A stretch of 64,000 nt of DNA. Source: a virus. How positions within the stretch are numbered: the stretch's first letter is position 1; each line of letters starts with the position of its first letter. Shown piece by piece: positions 27,369 through 36,362 of this stretch. A program made the translations under genes and the position numbers. Below the pieces are notes generated by a model. That model saw only the letters and a list, made by a program, of their open reading frames with translations, made no database searches and was not told where the DNA came from. Where the stretch lies: the IMG/VR virus record IMGVR_UViG_3300045257_000190, positions 3,493 through 67,492 of that record; one strand, written 5' to 3'.

Positions 27369-28189
27369 ATGATCGCAGCCGCGCCGATGCCGGCACCCAC
27401 CAGCGAGCCGATACCCGACGCTTGGTTTTGCGCGATCGCCGCGTTGGCGTTGAACCCGGCCATCTGGTTCTGGAAGCCCTGGTTCATCAGGTTGCCGGCA
27501 CCGGCGATGTTGCTGGACTGGATGCCCGCCCACTGCGTGGGCGAGCCCATCATGTTGCCGTAGGTACTCGACGTATTCAGTCCCGACGCGATGCCCGCGT
27601 TACCCGCCTGCGTGGCGGTGCCATAGGCCTGAGCCACCTGTCCCGGATAACCACGGCCGATATTGATTGCCTCACCCTCCAGGGCCAGCCCGGTGGCCTC
27701 ACTCTGGTTACGCGACTGAGTGCCGGCGCCAGCCTGCGCCGCAGCCTGCGAAATGCGCGTCCCCAGATCCAGCGCGCCATACCGAGTCTGACTAGGATCA
27801 ATGCCGTAGCCCTCGAGTGATTGGAGTGCCGCCTGTCGCTGCGTGCCCATCGCCGTGGCCACGTCCGCCTGCGCGGCGGCCGAGCGCTGCGCGGCCCGTG
27901 CGGGATCGTTATAGCCCTGTGCCTCGGCGGCGAACTTGTTCTCGATCGGGTAGTAGGTCTGCTGCAGGCGCTGCTGGGCCTGCTGGGCGTTCTGGATATT
28001 CTGGTTGGAGCTGTCGATCATCGACTGCATGTACTGCTTCGTGATCGGCGCCTGATCGGCGTATTGCTGCTTCGCCCAGTCCAGCTGGTCCTTGGAAGTC
28101 TGCCCGGCGATCTTCGCCGCCTCGGTGGAGGACGCGATCAGCGGGCCATAATCTGGCGCGGGAGGTGCGCCACCCTTGCCACCGCCCAT
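27365..28189 (-). CDS. DNA ejection/pilot protein
   Basis: MGGGKGGAPPAPDY N-terminus; Gln/Ala-rich; GIGSLVGAGIGAA C-terminus. Confidence 0.7.
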   Translation of the reverse strand: MGGGKGGAPPAPDYGPLIASSTEAAKIAGQTSKDQLDWAKQQYADQAPITKQYMQSMIDSSNQNIQNAQQAQQRLQQTYYPIENKFAAEAQGYNDPARAAQRSAAAQADVATAMGTQRQAALQSLEGYGIDPSQTRYGALDLGTRISQAAAQAGAGTQSRNQSEATGLALEGEAINIGRGYPGQVAQAYGTATQAGNAGIASGLNTSSTYGNMMGSPTQWAGIQSSNIAGAGNLMNQGFQNQMAGFNANAAIAQNQASGIGSLVGAGIGAAAII

Positions 28190-28190
28190 G

Positions 28191-28670
28191 TTACGTGTCC
28201 TCCGAGATACAACGAACGTCCGGCTCCGTGTTACTCCGGTAGTGACGCGGCGTGATCCTGAGCCACTTACAGTCAGCTTTCTTGAGCGTGAGGATCATGA
28301 TGTCGCCGCCATCGGCGAGCATGTCGGTGAGCTTGGCTTCGATGCGAAACCCCATGCGCAGATCGATCGACAGCGCACGCGAATTACTCGACGCAACCAA
28401 CCCCACGCATTTGCGCACGCCGAGCTGGTTGAATGCATAGTCGTAAACCATCCACAGGAAGTCCCGCGACGCCCAGTGGGTTTCGTTGCCTGCCATGTGC
28501 AGGATGATCGAGCCGTGCAGGAATCCGGTGAATACCACGCCACCCAGTACGGCGTTATCATCACCGTGACAGCTGACGCAGTGGTCAGTTTTATCATTGA
28601 ACACCCCACCCACGCGGGCCATCACCCAGTCGCCGGCGCCCGGCCAGTTGACCCGTATGCTGCGCGCCAT
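28191..28670 (-). CDS. GNAT (RimJ/RimL-like) acetyltransferase
   Basis: YAFNQLGV, V..SNSRAL....RMGF..E. Confidence 0.78.
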   Translation of the reverse strand: MARSIRVNWPGAGDWVMARVGGVFNDKTDHCVSCHGDDNAVLGGVVFTGFLHGSIILHMAGNETHWASRDFLWMVYDYAFNQLGVRKCVGLVASSNSRALSIDLRMGFRIEAKLTDMLADGGDIMILTLKKADCKWLRITPRHYRSNTEPDVRCISEDT

Positions 28671-28891
28671 CAGGGACCTCGCAGCACGGCAAGCACCTGA
28701 TCCTCGGAGACCAGTCCGAGGAGTACCAGATCCCGCAAGGTGGCCGCGCGATCGAGCGAGCCGCCACGGATACCCCCGAGCGACTCGACGCCCTGACGCA
28801 GCCGGTCCGTCACCAGGGTCAGCGCGGTCACGTCCGCCAGGGGCACAGGCACCGCCGGCACGTTCGGGTTATGGAAGGTCTTGCCTGCCAT
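28670..28891 (-). CDS. Small tail-associated protein
   Basis: Coupled ORF after nozzle gene; LRQGVESL.G.RG...DRA.T.RDL. Confidence 0.6.
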   Translation of the reverse strand: MAGKTFHNPNVPAVPVPLADVTALTLVTDRLRQGVESLGGIRGGSLDRAATLRDLVLLGLVSEDQVLAVLRGP

Positions 28892-30654
28892 CAGGTCTGC
28901 TTCAGTTCTTTCATCGTGGTCGCGAGCTGCACCGAGTGGATCGCCACACGGGACAGGATATCGAACTGCCAGTTGAAGGACTTCACCCCCGAAGGTAGTC
29001 GAAAAATCTCGAGCGGCTGAGTCAGGTATCGCGTGAACACCAAGTTAAGCGCGTCACCGGGACCCGCATAGAGCCGGAACAGCGCGTTCACGCCGGGAGG
29101 TAGCACCAGCCCGGGGATGCCCTGGCCCGGCTGGGGATCCGTGTCGGGTGGTGCCGGGTCCATCACCTCGGGGCCCAGCGATATCTGGCAGCAGCCTAGG
29201 TTGGTCGGCGCCGGCAGGTAGAATTCCTTAGACTTCCAGTAGTACGTCTGCGGCGGTGTATCAGGCGAATCCCAGAGGTATATTTTCTGATCCGCCATCA
29301 CGTACGGATCGCCGGTGAACACGTCGTTCCATAACGAGGTCGCATCGGCGAACGAGGAGGTTTTCATCACCCCCATGCGTTCCTCGGTGTAGTCGATCAG
29401 GAAGCCCGTACCCGTGCCGTTGATCGCGAGATACTGTGCCCTGTGCCGGCAGGCGATGATGTTCTCGGCCTGATAATCCTTGAGCCAGATGTTCTTGGTG
29501 AAATTGCTCAGGCTCTGGTTCTGCATGCCGTAGTAATTCAACGCCACGAGGCCGTTCTCACTGGCGTAGTACACCCCCGCCAGATCGGTCACCACCGACC
29601 CGCGCGAGATACAGGGCTCGGGCGCCTGCACCTGGGCGAAGAAGAACTGCGCCGGAGAAGATCCCGATCCGGTCGACGGGAACCCGTGGGTGAGCACGAC
29701 CAGCTGCTGCTGCCAGACCGCGAGGGCGACGATCTGATATAACAAACTTTGGTCGTAACCCGGTGGCCACGCATGCGGGCGATTGGGTTCGCAAAAATGT
29801 ATCGTGTTTCCCGTGAAACCCATCATCATGCCGCCGGGCATCGCGGTCAGCCCGTCCAGCCCGGCAATGGGGGGCGCCCAGCCGGTGCTCTCGAGCAGGT
29901 TGTTGCCGACGATGTTCACGTCGGGGATCGTGTCCACGTAGGTGCTGGACCCAAAAGGTAGGTCTACTACGAAGTAAAACTGTGCCCCCGTGCTGGCGCC
30001 CGTGATGGTGCGATACAGGCGCATCTTGGTGACCACGGGATAGAACGTCCCCGCAGGGTTCGACGGTGCCGCCGTGGGTAATCCCGAAACCGTCCAGGTC
30101 GCATCGGGGGGACCGTCCACCACCGCTGACGGGTTCGCCGGCGAGGTCTCCAGCCCATACTCGTCGATGTAGGTGAACGTATACGAGCGCGAGATCGCCG
30201 GCACGGTGGTGTCACCGCCGGTGGGCACCACAGAGATAATAATCGCCGGATCAGGCGGGATGAACCCCAGCGTATATCTCTGCTGGTTCGCCGCCAGCCG
30301 CGCATAGGTATTCCAGAACACGCCTGGATCGGGCTCGTTGGGTGGGTTCGACCAATACACCCGGTGCAGCGTGTCGTTCGCCAAGGGTGATCGCACAACC
30401 TCTGAGAACGCGCTCGGCAGGGGTATCCACACCTCGGGATCCCCCGGTGTGGGTCCCGGCACCCGGTAGGATTTCTTGACGGTGAAGCTCGCTGTGTCCG
30501 CCATGTCGAGCACGAACAACGGCTGGGGTAGTCCATCTAAGGGGCCCGACGCCAGATCGCAGTTATACGCATCCTCGGCCATGTTGGGCGGCAGCAGGAA
30601 GCTCTCCCGCCGGGGTACCAATCCGCCCATGTCCTGTGTGGCGAACGCGACCAT
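28891..30654 (-). CDS. Tail nozzle/stabilisation protein
   Basis: GG..PR...LLP...A..A.N N-terminus; FCEP..PHAWP; CISRGSVV; YYWKSKEF. Confidence 0.75.
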   Translation of the reverse strand: MVAFATQDMGGLVPRRESFLLPPNMAEDAYNCDLASGPLDGLPQPLFVLDMADTASFTVKKSYRVPGPTPGDPEVWIPLPSAFSEVVRSPLANDTLHRVYWSNPPNEPDPGVFWNTYARLAANQQRYTLGFIPPDPAIIISVVPTGGDTTVPAISRSYTFTYIDEYGLETSPANPSAVVDGPPDATWTVSGLPTAAPSNPAGTFYPVVTKMRLYRTITGASTGAQFYFVVDLPFGSSTYVDTIPDVNIVGNNLLESTGWAPPIAGLDGLTAMPGGMMMGFTGNTIHFCEPNRPHAWPPGYDQSLLYQIVALAVWQQQLVVLTHGFPSTGSGSSPAQFFFAQVQAPEPCISRGSVVTDLAGVYYASENGLVALNYYGMQNQSLSNFTKNIWLKDYQAENIIACRHRAQYLAINGTGTGFLIDYTEERMGVMKTSSFADATSLWNDVFTGDPYVMADQKIYLWDSPDTPPQTYYWKSKEFYLPAPTNLGCCQISLGPEVMDPAPPDTDPQPGQGIPGLVLPPGVNALFRLYAGPGDALNLVFTRYLTQPLEIFRLPSGVKSFNWQFDILSRVAIHSVQLATTMKELKQT

Positions 30655-30656
30655 CG

Positions 30657-31331
30657 TCAGCCCTCAACCCCGATCCGTGCCATCGACAGCGTCGTACTGG
30701 TGAATGCGTTGGTGCCACCGGTTATGCTGTTGTTAACTAGCTGAATGGTATCTCCCGCAACCAGTCGGATGATCTCCACCGCACCGTTATCCAGCGTATA
30801 GTTCACACTCGCTGGACCCGTAATTGACTGGTTGGTCTGCGAGAACCGCTGCGTGCCATTGATCAGCAGACCCATGCCTAGCGTAGTGGCTTGGTTACCC
30901 GACCCGCTGGACCACCCGGCGAAGATATAAATCCCATCCAGCCCAGAGGGCACCGTGACGGTATCGAACGGCATGGTAATCGGCGTGAACCCGTGGCTGT
31001 CGAAGTCCACCGTATCGAACTTCAGGAGACCGCCGTTAGGCACTGCGTTGTTAAGCGTCGGATTTATCGTGCGAATGCGCACGTACTGCGCCACCGCCAC
31101 TGCGTTGATGTTCGCCTGCAGCGCGTTATCGGCGGCGATGCGCTCAGCTTTCTCCTCATTATCGGCAGCAATACGCGCCGCCGTTTCGGCCTCCACCCCG
31201 GTCGCATGGCTCAGATCCGCCGGCGTCGTCTTGAACTGCATGGGGTATCCGGTCTGCTGGATACGCACCACGGTGTCAGGACCCGGATTGGGCAGATAAC
31301 TCGGGATGAAAATCTTGCGCTCAACGGGCAA
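30657..31331 (-). CDS. Virion protein with short coiled coil and C1q/TNF-like domain
   Basis: E.AARIAADN repeats; FDTV.FD, GIY, L.AGDTIQL. Confidence 0.6.
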   Translation of the reverse strand: MPVERKIFIPSYLPNPGPDTVVRIQQTGYPMQFKTTPADLSHATGVEAETAARIAADNEEKAERIAADNALQANINAVAVAQYVRIRTINPTLNNAVPNGGLLKFDTVDFDSHGFTPITMPFDTVTVPSGLDGIYIFAGWSSGSGNQATTLGMGLLINGTQRFSQTNQSITGPASVNYTLDNGAVEIIRLVAGDTIQLVNNSITGGTNAFTSTTLSMARIGVEG

Positions 31332-31488
31332 CCTTACCCCCTTTAGCTTTGCCCTTGTTGCGACGCTCGGCGTTCAAGGCGATCGCGATGGCCTGCTTCT
31401 TATCCTTCACCACCGGACCGCCCGGCCCGCTATGCAGCTTGCCAGCTTTGAACTCGTCGAACGCCTGCTTCTTCGAGCGCAGCGGCAC
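31321..31488 (-). CDS. 55-aa basic protein, DUF6496-like (below cutoff)
   Basis: GTG start; EFKAGKLHSGPGGPVVKDKKQAIAIALN...KAKGGKVAR. Confidence 0.7.
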   Translation of the reverse strand: MPLRSKKQAFDEFKAGKLHSGPGGPVVKDKKQAIAIALNAERRNKGKAKGGKVAR

Positions 31489-31821
31489 CTACTTCACCCA
31501 CACCCAGAGGCCGTTCAGGTAGCGCATGCTGATCTCGGTGAAGGCAACCGTAGTGGTTGGCGCACCGGCAATCGCGCCACCGGCAGCGGTCTGTAGCGTG
31601 AACGTGGTGATCACCGCGTTCGGGATAAGGTTCACCACCTGCCCGGCCGAAGGGCTAGGCGGCATCTTCACAGTGAGCGCGGCGATCGCGCCGGTGTTCA
31701 GGAATACCGTGCTCTGTCCCTTAGACAGGGTGACCGTGGCACCCGTGGCTGGCGCCAGCACCGCTGGTGCCACACCCCCCGGCGGGAAGAAGCTACTCGT
31801 CTGTTGCAGGAAACTGGGCAT
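31489..31821 (-). CDS. Hypothetical virion protein
   Basis: Beta-rich; AGG SD; in operon. Confidence 0.65.
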   Translation of the reverse strand: MPSFLQQTSSFFPPGGVAPAVLAPATGATVTLSKGQSTVFLNTGAIAALTVKMPPSPSAGQVVNLIPNAVITTFTLQTAAGGAIAGAPTTTVAFTEISMRYLNGLWVWVK

Positions 31822-31834
31822 GGAATTTTTCCTT

Positions 31835-32059
31835 TCAGCGTGCGCGCACGTTGGGCTTCAGCGAACCAGCATACCCCGTGGCGTTGCCACGCGGGCTCTT
31901 TTTAGCCAGGGCCTTTTTCATCGAAGCGGGTGGGCCCGGGCTCGTGGGTCCCGGCATGGGCGACTGGGCGAACGTGTGCCCCGGACCGCCCGCCACCACC
32001 CGTGTGGGTGAGCTGCCCCGGGAACTCTGGTTGACGTTCTTCGGACCTGACTTGGCCAT
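31835..32059 (-). CDS. Small basic Gly/Pro-rich protein
   Basis: Palindrome-embedded GGAG SD upstream. Confidence 0.6.
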   Translation of the reverse strand: MAKSGPKNVNQSSRGSSPTRVVAGGPGHTFAQSPMPGPTSPGPPASMKKALAKKSPRGNATGYAGSLKPNVRAR

Positions 32060-32079
32060 GGTGGGTGTTACTCCCGGAG

Positions 32080-34167
32080 TTAACGTGCCTCGAGGGCTTG
32101 TAGGCGTAGATGCAGTTCCTTGATGGCGTTGATCGCCGCCGCAAGGATCGGCGTGTCGGTAATCGCCAGGGTCGAACTTCCCGGACCGTCGAGCGACATA
32201 TCCAGCACCGCCTCAGGGATCACCTCGCGCACCTCCTCAATGATGAACCCGAGATCCATGCGGTTGATATCGGACAACCGACGAAACGTCTTGGGCATCA
32301 GCTTGAGCACCTGCGCGAGACCCTGGGTGGCGTCCGTAATATCGGTTTTCAATCGCACACTGCAGTCCAGGTTCGCGTAGGCGCCGTGACCACCGACAAA
32401 ACCGATGTTGTTATAACAGAAATTACTGTTCGCCTGATCCATCACCCAGAACGAGGTGGCAGTCCCCCCGAAATCTTTCATCCAGTCGAGCCGCCCGGTG
32501 TCGCTATGCCAGTCCCAGTACCACCGGGCCTGGAACTGCATGATCCGCCCGGAGCCACCGTTGCCGAACGCCATTTGCTGACCGGACGCAAACAACGAAC
32601 CACCGGCGGACACGTCATTCCCCGCCGTGATACCGGTGGTCGCGCTGACGGTGGTCCTCACACTGAGGCTCTGCCCGCTGATCGTCCCAGTGGTCCCTAC
32701 GGCCTGGAAGGAGCCGAAGCAGCCCATCGAGTTGCCGTTCACCACATCCGCCGACAGCGTGCCAGTGGTTGACACGTCGACACCGGTAAGCGTGCCGGTC
32801 AGGGTGAGCGTCTTCGCAGTGATATCCGTGCCCACCGCGAGCGAGGTGGTCACTTTGAGCGAAGTACCCGCCAAGATATTGGCCGAGGTAGACAGCGTGC
32901 CGGTGATATCAACGCCGCTGCTGGATACCGAGGTCCAGGTGGTGACAGGTGCACCATAACCATCCGATTGACCAAGCCGGATCGTACCCGTTGGGCCGAG
33001 CCAGAACCCACTGGCAACGTTATGTGAGAGATCCCAAGCGACCACTGAGGGGATCGACGCGTCGATGGTCTTGGATACCACCCGCCCGGTGGTGCTGGTC
33101 ATCGTGCCAGTCACGTTGACCGCACCCGGTGCGTTGAGCGAGCCGTCTCCGAAGAACCCCCAGATCTTAGCTGTCGCACGAGGGCCCGCGTAGATATTCA
33201 CGGCGTTGGGACCGCCAGCGAAGGTCGGGCCGAACAGCTGCACCGCGCCGCCGTCGCCCACCGCCCCGGTGCTGGTGCGCCGTGCCGCGAGGGTGAACAG
33301 ATCGGTCGCCGCGCTGAACGGCGTGAACATGCCCGTCAGGGTGGGCGTGTTGGCGGCGTTCCCGTCGGTCACCCGCACGTCTACGATGGTCGGACCCACG
33401 GCGGGCACGCCACGGATCCACGCGCCATTGGAGCGCACGTAACCGTAGATGTTGGTCGGCGCCTCCTCGGTGACCTTCGACCAGGACAGCGCGTGCCGGC
33501 CGTAATAGAACGTATCGTTGGGCGCGTCGTGCAACGAGGAACCTGTCTGCACATCCACGTAGTTCTTGGTCGCCGCCTGGAGCGGCTGCACGGGATCCTG
33601 GTAGAGGGTCAGGAACCCGGCCATGTTGTCACCCGAGCGGTTGACCTTGCTGTCCACCTGCAACAGCGAAACCGCGTAGTCCACGTATTGCTTGGTGGAC
33701 GCTTCGCTGGGGTAGCCCGGGTCATGATAGAGATACAGCGGCCCCAGCATCTGACCGCCATAGATGCTCAGCCCACCCGACGGGACTGGCGCCGGGACGA
33801 CAGGCGTAGCAGCGGGTGCCGGACCGGTGATCTGTACGCCCACCTCAAACGTCACCTCGCGCAGTGACGAGCCGGCAATCTCGAACTGGCAGGTGTAGAC
33901 GTTCCCCGGCGTGCCGAGCAGCACGTACACCTCGATCATCGTGCCGCTGTCCATCAGCTTCACTTCGCTGAACAGCAGCGGCGTCGGATCATAAGGCGGC
34001 GGTGCACCGGGTACCGGGAAGGGCGTATTGGACCAGCCTGTGGTACCCAGCGTGATCGTATGCGTCAGGATCGACGTCACCACTTCGCCGTCGTCCAGCC
34101 ACTCGGACAGATCCACGCTGAACCGCGAGACGTCCGGGTTCGCTTTGTTGATACGACCGACGAACAT
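32080..34167 (-). CDS. Tail fibre with C-terminal intramolecular chaperone (peptidase S74-like)
   Basis: A.TK.YVD repeats; beta-repeat shaft; RLKTDI...GFI.EEV.EV.PEAV...AIKEL. Confidence 0.8.
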   Translation of the reverse strand: MFVGRINKANPDVSRFSVDLSEWLDDGEVVTSILTHTITLGTTGWSNTPFPVPGAPPPYDPTPLLFSEVKLMDSGTMIEVYVLLGTPGNVYTCQFEIAGSSLREVTFEVGVQITGPAPAATPVVPAPVPSGGLSIYGGQMLGPLYLYHDPGYPSEASTKQYVDYAVSLLQVDSKVNRSGDNMAGFLTLYQDPVQPLQAATKNYVDVQTGSSLHDAPNDTFYYGRHALSWSKVTEEAPTNIYGYVRSNGAWIRGVPAVGPTIVDVRVTDGNAANTPTLTGMFTPFSAATDLFTLAARRTSTGAVGDGGAVQLFGPTFAGGPNAVNIYAGPRATAKIWGFFGDGSLNAPGAVNVTGTMTSTTGRVVSKTIDASIPSVVAWDLSHNVASGFWLGPTGTIRLGQSDGYGAPVTTWTSVSSSGVDITGTLSTSANILAGTSLKVTTSLAVGTDITAKTLTLTGTLTGVDVSTTGTLSADVVNGNSMGCFGSFQAVGTTGTISGQSLSVRTTVSATTGITAGNDVSAGGSLFASGQQMAFGNGGSGRIMQFQARWYWDWHSDTGRLDWMKDFGGTATSFWVMDQANSNFCYNNIGFVGGHGAYANLDCSVRLKTDITDATQGLAQVLKLMPKTFRRLSDINRMDLGFIIEEVREVIPEAVLDMSLDGPGSSTLAITDTPILAAAINAIKELHLRLQALEAR

Positions 34168-34443
34168 CTAGTAGCTCCAACTCTCTGGCGCCGGCAGCGC
34201 GAACGCATCCTCGAGGACCGGCACGGCGAACGTGTCGGGATACTCCGGGAGTAAGAACACCACCCGCCGGCGGTCCGGTATGGGTACGAAGTACAAACCG
34301 ATCGGACTACGACCGATGCAGAACAGTCCGATCTTGCTCGAGTAGACGCTGCTGGTCAGCAGATCCCCCTCGATCGGGCTGATCCCCGTGGTGAAGTCAC
34401 CGATGTCGGAGATCGACGAATTATCGAGGTCCTCGGCCATCAC
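34168..34443 (-). CDS. Small acidic hypothetical protein
   Basis: Fills gap between fibre genes. Confidence 0.55.
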   Translation of the reverse strand: MMAEDLDNSSISDIGDFTTGISPIEGDLLTSSVYSSKIGLFCIGRSPIGLYFVPIPDRRRVVFLLPEYPDTFAVPVLEDAFALPAPESWSY

Positions 34444-34445
34444 AC

Positions 34446-36362
34446 CTACTGCTGCCCCATTGCAGTTATACCGAGCTGCACCGAGAAATTCACCGGTGAC
34501 GCGGCGGGCGCCACGTCCGTCGTCACCGTGTAGTTATTCGCATCCGCCGTGATCCAGACGCGCGTGGCCGGCGTGATGTTACCCATTGCCGTGACGTTCA
34601 TCACTCCCGGCGCAAAGCCAAGCCCGTGCGGTTGCGTGGTGGTCGCGATAGACCCGAACCCCAGCGAGCACGAAGAATTAAACATTGCTACGTCCTTGAT
34701 CGCGTGGCCGCCTGTCAGACTGCTGTTCATGCTGGAGTACATCCAGGTCGAAGCATCGGCACGGATAATGTTGCCCGCCCCGCTGGCGGTAAGTGCCGGG
34801 TTACCGTGCCCCACCTTATCCCACTCGGTAAGCTTGCAGTTGGAGAGCATGATATAATTGGCTGGCCCGGTGGCATCGATCGAAGCGGAGCTTCCATCAT
34901 GCCAGGAGATATCACATTGAGTGAGCAGCACGATCGCGTTCGAGGTCACACCGGTAATATAAACCCCAGAGGCGTTGTCTCCGTTAAACCCTTGATTATA
35001 GCAGCCGGTAAAGTAGACAGTGTGTTGGGCGTTCGCGGTGCTATCGTTTATCTGGCACATATAATTCGTATGATCGAACCCACAGCCGACAAACTGCGCA
35101 ATGCTGGTGTGACCATTCGATGTCACCTGCACCAGCACGCCAATGTGATAATTGTAAGCGAAATCGTTGGTGAAACACGGGTTGTCCACCCGGCCCAGGT
35201 CATACACCGCACCGAACACCTGCTGGTACTGCAACACATACGGATCGAGTGACCAGAACACCCACCAGTGGTTGTCGTGGAACCGCAACGTGTCCGTGAG
35301 GTAGTCCAGAAACGCCACCCGTGCGATCGGCTGGCCCTTACAGTGATGCACCGTAAGGCGATCGGTGCGATTGCTCGCGGCACTGCCATAGGGGTATGTC
35401 GAGAATGCGATGAACGGATTGAGCAGCATCAGGTGATGCAGCTCGATGTCCATCACGCTGTCGAAGTAGAACGTCGGCGGATACTGCGTCGGCGCCCAGG
35501 ACACGCCGAGCGTTGCCTGCTTGTACACGAAACCGATGTGATGGATCTCGACGCCGAACACCCGGTTGTTGACCGACGGTGAGCCGACCGGGCGCAACAT
35601 AAATGCCGACACCATCGAACCGTTGTTGACCAGCCATGTGCCGTTGCCTGGTACGATCTGGTTTGCGCCAAACACGCCGACGGACGAGGTGAACTCGCAC
35701 ACATCGCCGTAGATGTGCACACTGCGCTGGATGTTCAGCTGTGCGCTGTAAAGATATTTGCCGGCTGGAATATACAGCGCCTGCTGCACGGCAGTCGCAG
35801 CGTTGATCGCTGTCTGCAGCCGCGCTGTATCGTTAGTGCCGGTAATGGTCATATCCGTGGCGTTCGATGTGACGACCGCATCACCCTTGCAACCGAACCA
35901 TTCGGCGCTGATCGATCCATCCTGCCAGCCAAGGCGGTGCCACCGCCGGCTGGAGGCGTCCACGATGATGAAGCCGTCATTGTCGGCCGACGTGGTATCC
36001 GTTGCAACATACGCGAAGTTGCCCTGGCCTTTGCTAGACGTAGCGTCATACCCGGCAATGAACGCTTGGCCCTGAGTCAACGTCGCCGTGGTAGCAGCCC
36101 GCAAGGCAGCAATGCTGATGAATACCGGAAGCACGATCCGGTCGGCGTACTGTTTGGTCGCCGCCTGCAACGCCAGCGTAGGGTCAGCCGCCAGCGTGAC
36201 CGTCGAGCCAAAGGTAACAGCACCCGTAACGGTGCCGCCTGTCAGAGATAAAAAACCACCGGTGCCCGTGGTGACCCACTTGGTGCCATCCCAGCGATAG
36301 CTGCCGTTCGGCGCCGTGGCGATCTGACCGGTGGTCGGGGCATTAGGAAAATCGAATGCCAT
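34446..36362 (-). CDS. Tailspike, pectate-lyase-like beta-helix
   Basis: Likely start MAFDFPNAP at 36362; WFGCKGD...NDTARLQTAI...LYIPAGKY. Confidence 0.78.
   Translation of the reverse strand: MAFDFPNAPTTGQIATAPNGSYRWDGTKWVTTGTGGFLSLTGGTVTGAVTFGSTVTLAADPTLALQAATKQYADRIVLPVFISIAALRAATTATLTQGQAFIAGYDATSSKGQGNFAYVATDTTSADNDGFIIVDASSRRWHRLGWQDGSISAEWFGCKGDAVVTSNATDMTITGTNDTARLQTAINAATAVQQALYIPAGKYLYSAQLNIQRSVHIYGDVCEFTSSVGVFGANQIVPGNGTWLVNNGSMVSAFMLRPVGSPSVNNRVFGVEIHHIGFVYKQATLGVSWAPTQYPPTFYFDSVMDIELHHLMLLNPFIAFSTYPYGSAASNRTDRLTVHHCKGQPIARVAFLDYLTDTLRFHDNHWWVFWSLDPYVLQYQQVFGAVYDLGRVDNPCFTNDFAYNYHIGVLVQVTSNGHTSIAQFVGCGFDHTNYMCQINDSTANAQHTVYFTGCYNQGFNGDNASGVYITGVTSNAIVLLTQCDISWHDGSSASIDATGPANYIMLSNCKLTEWDKVGHGNPALTASGAGNIIRADASTWMYSSMNSSLTGGHAIKDVAMFNSSCSLGFGSIATTTQPHGLGFAPGVMNVTAMGNITPATRVWITADANNYTVTTDVAPAASPVNFSVQLGITAMGQQ

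Noticed and set aside
18264-34615. Weak palindrome-like sites at 18264, 23307, 28713 and 34601
   Set aside because: Essentially half-sites with too many mismatches; left out of the count of 24.
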